A DNA stretch of 24,815 nucleotides from positions 1 through 24,815 of the IMG/VR virus record IMGVR_UViG_3300043478_000039; one strand, 5' to 3'. The DNA is from a virus (taxonomy: Duplodnaviria > Caudoviricetes). Below are positions 16,922 to 23,756 of this stretch, one piece after another (the first letter of the stretch is position 1; each line of letters begins with the position of its first letter). The position numbers and the translations under genes are program-made. The notes below the pieces were generated by a model. That model made no database searches and was not told the origin of the DNA. It saw only the letters and a program-made list of their open reading frames with translations.

Positions 16922-17541
16922 CAGAAGTAATCTCCCTTCGTGCGCAGCCGCGCGCCTTGCTGGCCCTTGACGGACTGGGTCTTGGCCGAGGCGACCTTGG
17001 ATTCGAAGATCGACTGCAGCCCGGCACCGAGCGTCGGGTTGGAATTCTCGCCCGGCAGCAGCAGCGCGCGTGCCGCGGCACCTTGGCCGATCAGGCCGCG
17101 ATGCAGGTCGAGCAGCCAGTCCGGCATGGTGGTGGCGGTCAGCGAAGGCTGCAGGATCAGCCCCAGCTCCAGCGTTCCCTCGGCGAACGGATAGACGGTG
17201 ACGGTGTTCGGGTTGAGCTGGGTGACGTACTGGGCGGCACCGCTGCTGACTTCGCTGTTCTGCCAGTCGCAATTGAAGCCGTCGAGCCAGCGCTTGGTGA
17301 CCGGCGTCAGGTTGACGCCGTTGAACTTGGCCTGTTCGATCTCGACGATGTCGGCGTCCTGGATGGTGCAGATGCCCTCGTAGGTCGGGTCGTCGATCTG
17401 GATGCTGTCGCGCTCGCGCCACAGCCGGGCCTTGAAGCACAGGTCGCGCGCCGCGTCGCGGATGACGCGGTGCGCCAGCGGCTCGTTGAGATTGGGTGCG
17501 TAGACCAGCACCTCGGTGAGGAAGTCGTCGATGTCGCGCAT
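16921..17541 (-). CDS. Head-tail adaptor-like virion protein, about 206 aa
   Basis: MRDIDDFLTEVLVYAPNLNEPLAHRVIRDAARDLCFKARLWRE...IGQGAAARALLLPG pattern. Start is ATG 17541 or GTG 17544, overlapping the upstream TGA. Confidence 0.7.
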   Translation of the reverse strand: MRDIDDFLTEVLVYAPNLNEPLAHRVIRDAARDLCFKARLWRERDSIQIDDPTYEGICTIQDADIVEIEQAKFNGVNLTPVTKRWLDGFNCDWQNSEVSSGAAQYVTQLNPNTVTVYPFAEGTLELGLILQPSLTATTMPDWLLDLHRGLIGQGAAARALLLPGENSNPTLGAGLQSIFESKVASAKTQSVKGQQGARLRTKGDYF

Positions 17542-18257
17542 CACGTCGAGGCCCTCGCATTCGGGCTGTGCGCCTTCTCGACCTGGATCTTGAGGCCGAT
17601 CGCGGTGGCGAACTGCTGGTAGTGGACGGCCGAGCGTCCGGCGGCACCGTCGGTGTCGTCCTTCATCTGGCAGCGATACAGCACGTAGTCGAGCAGCGGC
17701 ACCGAGTATGGCTCCGGCAGCCCGACGTCGACGGCGTAGGAGGCGAGGTCGGCGGGGTCGGCGTCGACGGCAATGGCGACCGGCGGCGGCAGGTGGCCGA
17801 TCTCGGCCTCGACCATGCCGGTGCCGTCGTTGCCGGGGTAGACATAGTACTCCAGGGGAACCATGTCGTTGTAGCAGTAGTTGCGCACCTCCTTGCGGAA
17901 CTGCACGCGGCTGCGGTCGTGCCAGTCGGGGTCGGTGACGTCGAGCTGGCCGCGCGCGGTGTGCTTGACCATGCGGCCAGCCTTGCGCGGCTCGTTGGCG
18001 TCGAGGATGTTGCGGTTGACCGACAGCAGGCTGAGCGGCTTTACCGGGCTGTCGAGGATGGCGTCGGGCAGCTTCTGCAGCGTCCCGACCTGCAGCTTGA
18101 GGACGATCGTCATCGAGGCAGCCGACGGCTTGGCCAGGCAGATGGCGCGGACGCCCTCGTTAAGCCAGTCGCACTTCTCCGGTAGCGGCCAACGGACGTG
18201 ATCCACGTCGTTGAGCAGAACCGCCGCGCGCGAGAGTATTTCCTGGCCTGTCGGCAT
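17541..18257 (-). CDS. Head-tail adaptor protein (DUF6682-like), 238 aa
   Basis: EILSRAAVLLNDVDHVRWPLPEKCDWLNEGVRAICLAKPSA...YYVYPG...LLDYVLYRCQMKD...HYQQFATAIG is the characteristic pattern. Confidence 0.8.
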   Translation of the reverse strand: MPTGQEILSRAAVLLNDVDHVRWPLPEKCDWLNEGVRAICLAKPSAASMTIVLKLQVGTLQKLPDAILDSPVKPLSLLSVNRNILDANEPRKAGRMVKHTARGQLDVTDPDWHDRSRVQFRKEVRNYCYNDMVPLEYYVYPGNDGTGMVEAEIGHLPPPVAIAVDADPADLASYAVDVGLPEPYSVPLLDYVLYRCQMKDDTDGAAGRSAVHYQQFATAIGLKIQVEKAHSPNARAST

Positions 18258-18260
18258 CCA

Positions 18261-18971
18261 TCATCCCGCCAAGGCTTTCGCCTGCCCGACCCAGTTGTCA
18301 CGCTCGACGCGGCCGTTGAGACCCAGCTCGTCGTCGATGGCCTTGGCCTTCTTGGCCGACCACTTGGCGATCTGGCGGGCGTCGTCGATGCCCATGGCTT
18401 CGAGCTTGGCAGCGGTGCCCTTGCCGATGCCGTTGATCTCGGTCAGCGGGATCTTGCCAACGTCTTCGCCGTCGTCGCCGGCGTCATAGCCCTCCGTCTC
18501 GTCAGGATCCTCGTCGGGCAGGTCTTCCTCGACCACCACCGGCTCGGTGAAGGTGAAGTCGAGCGGGTCGGTCACCGCCAGGTCGTAGCGGCGCACGTAG
18601 ACCGGCAGCGTGACGGCGCCCCATCCGAGCGACGGCTTGACGATGGTGGTGATCTCCTCGGTCGACACGAAGACGATCGGCTCGGGCTGGCCGGCGAAGA
18701 AGATCACCGAATCCGGGCCGAACCCGGCGCCGAGGCAGCGCAGCACGAAATCCTCGCCGCCCAGCTCGGCGGTCGCCGGGTCGAGCGACGTCAGCGTCAG
18801 CTCGTCGGGGTCCTTCAGCACGACGCGGTAGTGGACGACCGACGTCAGCAGCTGGACGTGGCGCTCGTCGTGCACCGTCGCGACGGCGCGTCCGAACTCG
18901 TCGGGGATGAAACTGTAGGTCGTGCCACCGACCTCGGTGACAGTAGGCCCGTAGGTGCATTGAACCAGCAT
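18261..18971 (-). CDS. Virion-associated protein with IPT/TIG Ig-like domain and C-terminal helix-hairpin-helix domain, 236 aa
   Basis: LTLTSLDPATAELGGEDFVLRCLGAGFGPDSVIFFAG...FVSTEEITTIV (IPT-like), an acidic linker, then LTEINGIGKGTAAKLEAMGI...QIAKWS...IDDELGLNGRVERDNWVGQAKALA (COG3743-type HhH). Confidence 0.8.
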   Translation of the reverse strand: MLVQCTYGPTVTEVGGTTYSFIPDEFGRAVATVHDERHVQLLTSVVHYRVVLKDPDELTLTSLDPATAELGGEDFVLRCLGAGFGPDSVIFFAGQPEPIVFVSTEEITTIVKPSLGWGAVTLPVYVRRYDLAVTDPLDFTFTEPVVVEEDLPDEDPDETEGYDAGDDGEDVGKIPLTEINGIGKGTAAKLEAMGIDDARQIAKWSAKKAKAIDDELGLNGRVERDNWVGQAKALAG

Positions 18972-18972
18972 G

Positions 18973-19113
18973 TCAGCTCTTCCTCTTCCCCTTGCGCGCG
19001 ACGCCCTTTGGCGCGGCCGGCAGCGCAGCCGTCTTGCCGAACTTCATAGTCCCGCCGGTGTCCGAGCGGAAGGTCTTGCCCTTGGGCGGGAACGCCGCTG
19101 GTTTCTTGGCCAT
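18973..19113 (-). CDS. Small basic protein, 46 aa (not in the ORF track)
   Basis: ATG directly after the upstream TAG, preceded by GGAGTGAG. Product MAKKPAAFPPKGKTFRSDTGGTMKFGKTAALPAAPKGVARKGKRKS. Fills the gap exactly, ending 1 nt before the next ATG. Confidence 0.75.
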   Translation of the reverse strand: MAKKPAAFPPKGKTFRSDTGGTMKFGKTAALPAAPKGVARKGKRKS

Positions 19114-20193
19114 CTAACGTCTCACTCCAACGAATTTCTTGACCACCGCCTTGGCGCTGGTCGGGCGGGCGCGGCTGGGCAGCGGCGTGCTGGTGCCTGG
19201 GCGCACGATGCCGGCGACACCCGCCGGCGGCGCTGCCGAGCGGCGGTCGGCGGCAGCCGACGCGACCTTGGCCTTGCTCATCGCACCGGCGATCCGATCC
19301 TTGGCGCTGAAGGTGTTGGGTGCCGCGGCAGTGGCGCCACCGGCCTTGACCACCGTGCTCGGCAATGGCTTCAGCGGCGCGTTCGGTATAGGTTTCATCA
19401 GCGACGGCTGCCGAGTGGCTGGCGCCGGCCGCGGCACGTTGCCGAACACCTTGGTCTTGGGCAGCGTGTAGCGGCCGCCGACCGGCGGCTTCACGGCGGC
19501 GACGGCGACACCGCCGCGCTCGCCGGCCTTGTCGGCCTTCGCCGAGCTGGTCCTGGCCTGCGCCATGCGCTTGTCGAGTTTCTGCTTGGCCGTGGCCGGC
19601 GCTCCCGCCGTGACGACGGCCGGGCGCGGCTTGAAGCTGGAGCGCGTCTCGGACCCGGCAGCCAGCTTGTCCTGGCCGGACCGCATCGTCTTGAACTGGC
19701 CGCTGGGCGGGTTCGCCTTGGCGGCCTCGGCGGCGCGATTGTCGCGGCGTGGCGACGGCGTTGGCTTCGGTGCGGTCTTGGGCAGTGCGCTGACGCTGGC
19801 CTTGCCGGGCGTCGGGCGCTTGGCCGGGGTGGCCGTGGTTTTGTTAGGTAGCGCGGATGCGCTGGCCTTGCCGACTGGCCGCTTGCCCGGCGTCGCCTTG
19901 GTCTTGTCAGGCAGCGCCGATGCAGCGGCGCGCGCCTGCAGCGTCGGGGCGCGCGACGGCGCGTTCGGCTCCGGGCGCTTGCCGACGGCGGCGACGGCCT
20001 TCTTGCCGCCCTTCGACTTCGACGCGCCGGCCATTTTGGTGCTGTAGCTCTTGCCGCCGAACGAGAAGGTCTTGGTCTTGGGGTTCTTGGACGCGACAGC
20101 GAACGCCTTGTCGAACGCCTTGCCGCCCTTCGAGCGGCCTTTCGGCTTCTTCGAGGCAGCTAGCTGTGCCTTGGTTCCCACGAACAGACCCAC
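19114..20193 (-). CDS. Lys/Ala/Pro-rich, highly basic low-complexity protein, 359 aa
   Basis: Coding-like codon use (AAG, GCC). Very few acidic residues. Internal SALPxKTxATPxKRPxxGKA repeats. GTG start is uncertain. Confidence 0.75.
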   Translation of the reverse strand: MGLFVGTKAQLAASKKPKGRSKGGKAFDKAFAVASKNPKTKTFSFGGKSYSTKMAGASKSKGGKKAVAAVGKRPEPNAPSRAPTLQARAAASALPDKTKATPGKRPVGKASASALPNKTTATPAKRPTPGKASVSALPKTAPKPTPSPRRDNRAAEAAKANPPSGQFKTMRSGQDKLAAGSETRSSFKPRPAVVTAGAPATAKQKLDKRMAQARTSSAKADKAGERGGVAVAAVKPPVGGRYTLPKTKVFGNVPRPAPATRQPSLMKPIPNAPLKPLPSTVVKAGGATAAAPNTFSAKDRIAGAMSKAKVASAAADRRSAAPPAGVAGIVRPGTSTPLPSRARPTSAKAVVKKFVGVRR

Positions 20194-20205
20194 GCGCCTG
20201 GCCCC

Positions 20206-20775
20206 CTACTTGAAGAAGCCCTTGAGGCCGCTGAAATCATGGCGGGCGCCGGCGGCGGCCCGCTGCTTCTTGCTCGGGTTCGGCTTGGTGCCGGGGTCGT
20301 AGCGGACCTGCTGCGGCACGTCGCCGCCGCGCCAGCTCTGGACGCCGCGGACGGCTGCCTGCGGCTTGACGGTGGCCTGCGGCCGCGGCGTCGGCGTGAC
20401 GGTCGTGGTCTGGCGCTTGGTGACCTTCTTGCCGCCGCCGCCGGCTGGCGGAGCGACAGTCGCTGGCGACTTGATGCGGGCGTCGCGCTCGCGGATGGTC
20501 TTGACCCACGGCAGGTTCGGGTTGACGCCGCTCTCCTCGCTGCGCTTGAACTTGCCGCCGGTCGCCTTGACCGCAGCCTCTTCCTGCCCACGCGCCGACT
20601 TGACCCATGGGTTATTGGCGTCGATCTCGGACCTGTGCACCTGCTTCGGGACCGGGGTGGACTTCACCTTTGGCGGTGGCGGCGGCGCAGGCGCGTCCGG
20701 GTCGGTGCGGCCAAGGCCCGTGCCGAGAAAGCCACCACCACCGAAAAAGCCTGGGTCTTCCTTGTTCTTGGCCAT
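20206..20775 (-). CDS. Basic Pro/Lys-rich hypothetical protein, 189 aa
   Basis: Strong SD AGAGGAG before ATG. Duplicated NxPWVK motif. Confidence 0.8.
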   Translation of the reverse strand: MAKNKEDPGFFGGGGFLGTGLGRTDPDAPAPPPPPKVKSTPVPKQVHRSEIDANNPWVKSARGQEEAAVKATGGKFKRSEESGVNPNLPWVKTIRERDARIKSPATVAPPAGGGGKKVTKRQTTTVTPTPRPQATVKPQAAVRGVQSWRGGDVPQQVRYDPGTKPNPSKKQRAAAGARHDFSGLKGFFK

Positions 20776-20781
20776 GCCCGT

Positions 20782-20847
20782 TCTCCTCTTCAGACTTTAC
20801 CGGCGGACCGTCGGCCTGGAGAGGAGATCAGGCCTACGGGCCGCCGG
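20782..20847 (-). promoter_or_regulatory. Long hairpin (20800-20847) with anti-SD loop, able to form a pseudoknot with the SD at 20782-20789
   Basis: mRNA CCGGCGGCCCGUAGGCCUG-AUCUCCUCUC-CAGGCCGACGGUCCGCCGG pairs 17 of 19 positions. Loop UCUCCUCU is the exact complement of the downstream AGAGGAGA. Confidence 0.65.
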
Positions 20848-20883
20848 ACGATACTTGAACCCCTTGCCCGGATTTGCGCAGGC

Positions 20884-21354
20884 TCAAGTAGTTGCGACCA
20901 TCAGCGTCAGCGCGATCGACGCCGAAACGGCGACAGTGCGAGCCGTGAAGATCAAGCCGATGCCGCGCTCCTTGCTGTCCGGCGCCAGGCGGAATGCGCT
21001 GAGCTGGGTGGCTGCGAGGCGGGTGATCGCGCCGGGAGCGGCGGTAGCACCGGCCACGGCGACGAACAACTCCTGGTTGGTGATGACGCGCGACCCATCG
21101 GCGGTGTCGCCGGCATTGCCGGTCAGCACGCCGATGTTGAACGTGGCAGTGGCGCCGAGCGGGCCGGGCACGTCGAGGTAGCCGTCGACGATGCGGCAGT
21201 AGGGCGGCAGCGACGCGAACTCGAAGATGTCGGCGAGCACGATCGGGTTCGACGCCGGGATGGAGAACTCGAAACGGTTGACGACGACATCGCCGGCGCT
21301 GCCGGGATAGGCGACGGGGGTGTTCTTGAAGGCCCCGCCCAGAATGGTGGTCAT
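20884..21354 (-). CDS. Probable capsid decoration/cement protein, 156 aa
   Basis: Immediately follows the MCP with SD AGGAGAG. Beta-rich LADIFEFASLPPYCRIVDGYL...TFNIGVLTG...ERGIGL pattern typical of genes following this MCP type. Confidence 0.65.
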   Translation of the reverse strand: MTTILGGAFKNTPVAYPGSAGDVVVNRFEFSIPASNPIVLADIFEFASLPPYCRIVDGYLDVPGPLGATATFNIGVLTGNAGDTADGSRVITNQELFVAVAGATAAPGAITRLAATQLSAFRLAPDSKERGIGLIFTARTVAVSASIALTLMVATT

Positions 21355-21366
21355 GAAGATCTCTCC

Positions 21367-22464
21367 TTACGGGTTCGGGTCCTTGGCCGCGGTGTCGATC
21401 GACAGGACGCCAAAGTCCTTGCCGTTGAACCGGGATTTCTTGATGCCCATGATGACGCCGGCCGCGACCTTCGGCTCGTTGCCGTGATCCGACATCTCCT
21501 CGGTCCAGGTGAACCGCAGCCCGCCTGTCGAGCCATAGGCGACGACACCCGCCTGCCGGCCCATGAACAGGGCACGCGCCGCGAGGATGTTGTTGCCGGA
21601 ACCGTAGTCGCTGAAGCGGATGACGTTCTCGTGGCTGTGCAGGACGACGTTGTCGATCATGCCCAACCCGCCCTTGAAGATCGGGTTGTTGCGGCCTTCG
21701 GCCTGCGCCGCGGCCTTCTGGATGTCGAGCCAGCCGCCGGTGTCGGAGACGCGAAGGTCGTACTCCTGGAACGGCGACATCAAGAGCACGTAATGCTGCT
21801 CGCCATCGATGTTGATGGCGATCATGTTGGCGGTCGTCGGGTCCGACGCCCGCATCATCGTCGCCTTGACGGCGGCGCGCTCGATGACGACGCGGGTCAT
21901 CACGTCGCCGACCACCAGGCCGGCCTTGCCGCCGGTGCCGGGATAGATGATGTGGCCGGTGTCCGGCGCGAGGATGGCGTTGTTGGCGAAGCCCGCCCAG
22001 GTGACGTCTTCGATGTAGTCCTGGTTGACGCCGCGCGAACCGGACAAATAGATGAAATTGATCTGGTCGATGTACTGCGACCAGTAATCCGACAGGCGGT
22101 CGCGGGCGATCGAGCGGATGTTGTGCAGCGTGCGCTTGCGGCTCATCTTACCGCCTGCAGAGACGCCGTGCCGCATCTGGTCGATGTAGACGGTGTCGGT
22201 GAAGAACCGCAGGTTCTCTTCCTTGCCCTCGAGCCGGTTGTCGCCGACGGTGGGCTTGTTGCGCAGCTGCACCGAGAGGTCGAAGCTGATCTGGTCACCA
22301 GCATCCGATTCGAGATCGGTGAGGCGCTGGATGACGCTGTTGTCGCTCTCCGACACGAACTTCCTGTCGAAGTAGCCCTTCGTCAGGATGTCGAGGAATA
22401 GCTGACCAGACCAGCGCTTGACGGCCTTGGGATCGCCGAGAGGGATATTGGTGGGACCAGCCAT
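21367..22464 (-). CDS. Major capsid protein, N4-gp56 family (DUF4043-like), 365 aa
   Basis: SD GGAGG before ATG 22464. DPKAVKRWSGQL...IQRLTDLESDAGDQISFDLSVQL...LEGKEENLRF...IDQMRHGVSAGGKMSRKRT...NNPIFKGGLGMIDNVVLH...KKSRFNGKDFGVLSIDTAA. Confidence 0.95.
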   Translation of the reverse strand: MAGPTNIPLGDPKAVKRWSGQLFLDILTKGYFDRKFVSESDNSVIQRLTDLESDAGDQISFDLSVQLRNKPTVGDNRLEGKEENLRFFTDTVYIDQMRHGVSAGGKMSRKRTLHNIRSIARDRLSDYWSQYIDQINFIYLSGSRGVNQDYIEDVTWAGFANNAILAPDTGHIIYPGTGGKAGLVVGDVMTRVVIERAAVKATMMRASDPTTANMIAINIDGEQHYVLLMSPFQEYDLRVSDTGGWLDIQKAAAQAEGRNNPIFKGGLGMIDNVVLHSHENVIRFSDYGSGNNILAARALFMGRQAGVVAYGSTGGLRFTWTEEMSDHGNEPKVAAGVIMGIKKSRFNGKDFGVLSIDTAAKDPNP

Positions 22465-22487
22465 GACGTGCAACCTCCAGGGGGGTC

Positions 22488-22502
22488 AGCACGTCCTGCG
22501 CT
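22488..22502 (-). promoter_or_regulatory. Conserved leader element copy 1: GGA-loop hairpin overlapping an SD-sequestering hairpin (22465-22495) of the MCP gene
   Basis: mRNA AGCGC-AGGAC-GUGCU. Its GACGUGC is perfectly complementary to GCACGUC immediately before the AUG, enclosing GACC/GGUU pairing over the SD GGAGG. Confidence 0.78.
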
Positions 22503-22510
22503 TTTGCGAA

Positions 22511-22539
22511 GAAATACTTCGAAACGGTGGATTGAGCAA
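22511..22539 (-). promoter_or_regulatory. Possible sigma70-like promoter for the capsid operon (TTGCTC-N17-TATTTC)
   Basis: 17-nt spacing in an AT-richer gap. The predicted start would fall in the A-run just 5' of the GGA hairpin. Match to consensus is only partial. Confidence 0.35.
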
Positions 22540-22559
22540 GCTGGTGCAGCCAGACCGCG

Positions 22560-22584
22560 GAAATTCGCCAAAAATGCGAATTTC
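22560..22584. repeat. Perfect 9-bp inverted repeat (GAAATTCGC-N7-GCGAATTTC) at the end of the CsrA-like gene; hairpin or operator
   Basis: Seen directly in the sequence. No U-tract follows on the minus strand, so it is not a canonical intrinsic terminator. Confidence 0.6.
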
Positions 22585-22798
22585 AGCCGACGCGCTGCAC
22601 CATTTCGAGAACGCGGCGCGGCGGCCCGACGACGCCGTAGACATAGCGCGGCGGCACCAGGCCGTCGACGAGGCAGCGGATCGGCAGCTGGCTGAAGAAC
22701 GACAGCTTGGTCGCCGAGCCGCTCTTGTACTCGACGCGCACCACCGCGACGTCGCCGATCTCGACGGCCTCGCCGGGCCGCATGGTTTTTGAAAACAT
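22583..22798 (-). CDS. CsrA/RsmA-like small RNA-binding protein (divergent), 71 aa
   Basis: MFSKTMRPGEAVEIGDVAVVRVEYKSG aligns without gaps to E. coli CsrA [27 protein letters not shown] (recalled sequence), identical at M1,T5,R7,G9,E10,I14,G15,D16,V20,V22,G27. The canonical APxxVxVxREE C-terminal motif is not conserved. Confidence 0.7.
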   Translation of the reverse strand: MFSKTMRPGEAVEIGDVAVVRVEYKSGSATKLSFFSQLPIRCLVDGLVPPRYVYGVVGPPRRVLEMVQRVG

Positions 22799-23746
22799 CT
22801 ACGCCCCCTGCAGATAGGCTTCACGGTCGGTCGGCGACAACCGCGCCAGCGCCCGCTCATAGTCGACGCCTTTCAATTTCTCCAGGCGCGCGAACTTGTT
22901 GACCGCGGTGACCGGCGTCTGGTCGGAGGCCGGCAGATTGTTGAGCGACGGTGGCATCTTGCGTCCGTTCCCGTTGAGCTTCTTCTTGGCCTTGGCCTTC
23001 GGCTTGGCGCCCTCGGCGGCGGGCGGCTCGCCCAGCTCGGCGACGATCAGCCTGTGCGCCTCGACCAGGATCTTCGGGTCGGTCGGGTTGGTGCTGGCCG
23101 CCTGCAGCTTCTTGACGGTGGTGTCGAGCAGCGTGTGGCGCATCGAGCCTTCGACGTACTCGGTGTGACTGGCCAAAAACAGCGGGATGGTCGAGCCGTA
23201 CCAGGTGTCGGCGACCAGCTTGCCCGACATCTTGGCCTGCGTGCGCTTGTCCTTCAGCTCGTCCAGCTCGGCAACCAGTGCCTTCGATTGGTCGCGCATC
23301 TCCTTGGCGGTGATCTCGCCGTCGTCGAACTTGACGGCGATCTCGTCGAGCGCGGTGTCGATGGCCGTGAAGCGCGCCTCCTCGGCGGCGGTCAGGCGGT
23401 AGGCCTGCACCGGCGCCGGGGCGGCGGCGATCGGCTCGGCCTCTTCCTCTTCCTCGGCCTCTTCCTCTTCCTCGGCCTCTTCCTCGGCTTCGGGTTCCGG
23501 CTCTTCCTCTTCCTCGGGTTCCGGCTCCGGCTCCGGCTCTTCCTCCGGCTCCGGCTCTTCCTCCGGCTCCGGCTCGTCGGCCTCGGCGACCGGCGCGTCC
23601 TCGGCATCGCCGGCCGCCGCCTTGGCGATCTCGGCGTCCTCGGCGGCCAGCTCGGCCTCAAGCTCGGCCTGGTACTCCTTCAGCCCGATGCGTTCCTCTT
23701 CGGTGAGGAGATCCAACTCCTCGTCCGTCACCTTCAATCGTGCCAT
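22799..23746 (-). CDS. Capsid scaffolding protein, 315 aa
   Basis: Between portal and MCP. SD AGAGGA before ATG 23746 (MARLKVTDEEL). Extremely acidic N-half, coiled coil, and C-terminal PPSLNNLPASD...FARLEKLKGVDYERALARLSPTDREAYL typical of these scaffolds. Confidence 0.85.
   Translation of the reverse strand: MARLKVTDEELDLLTEEERIGLKEYQAELEAELAAEDAEIAKAAAGDAEDAPVAEADEPEPEEEPEPEEEPEPEPEPEEEEEPEPEAEEEAEEEEEAEEEEEAEPIAAAPAPVQAYRLTAAEEARFTAIDTALDEIAVKFDDGEITAKEMRDQSKALVAELDELKDKRTQAKMSGKLVADTWYGSTIPLFLASHTEYVEGSMRHTLLDTTVKKLQAASTNPTDPKILVEAHRLIVAELGEPPAAEGAKPKAKAKKKLNGNGRKMPPSLNNLPASDQTPVTAVNKFARLEKLKGVDYERALARLSPTDREAYLQGA
23435..23582 (-). repeat. Glu/Pro/Ala low-complexity tandem repeats (EPEPEEE, EAEEEE) in the scaffold gene
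   Basis: Repeated ctcttcctccggctccgg and ctcttcctcttcctcggc units. Confidence 0.9.
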
Positions 23747-23756
23747 GTGGTCCTCT

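Noticed and set aside
5707-17647. Extended track versions of ORFs (437, 1006, 149, 735, 158 and 380 aa)
   Set aside because: Their N-terminal extensions are Arg/Gly-rich off-frame readings overlapping upstream genes. True starts are at the stop/start overlaps (6042, 7997, 9475, 15512, 15799, 16921).
20800-20847. Rho-independent terminator after the capsid genes
   Set aside because: Strong stem but no U-tract on the coding strand. The anti-SD loop points to a translational role instead.
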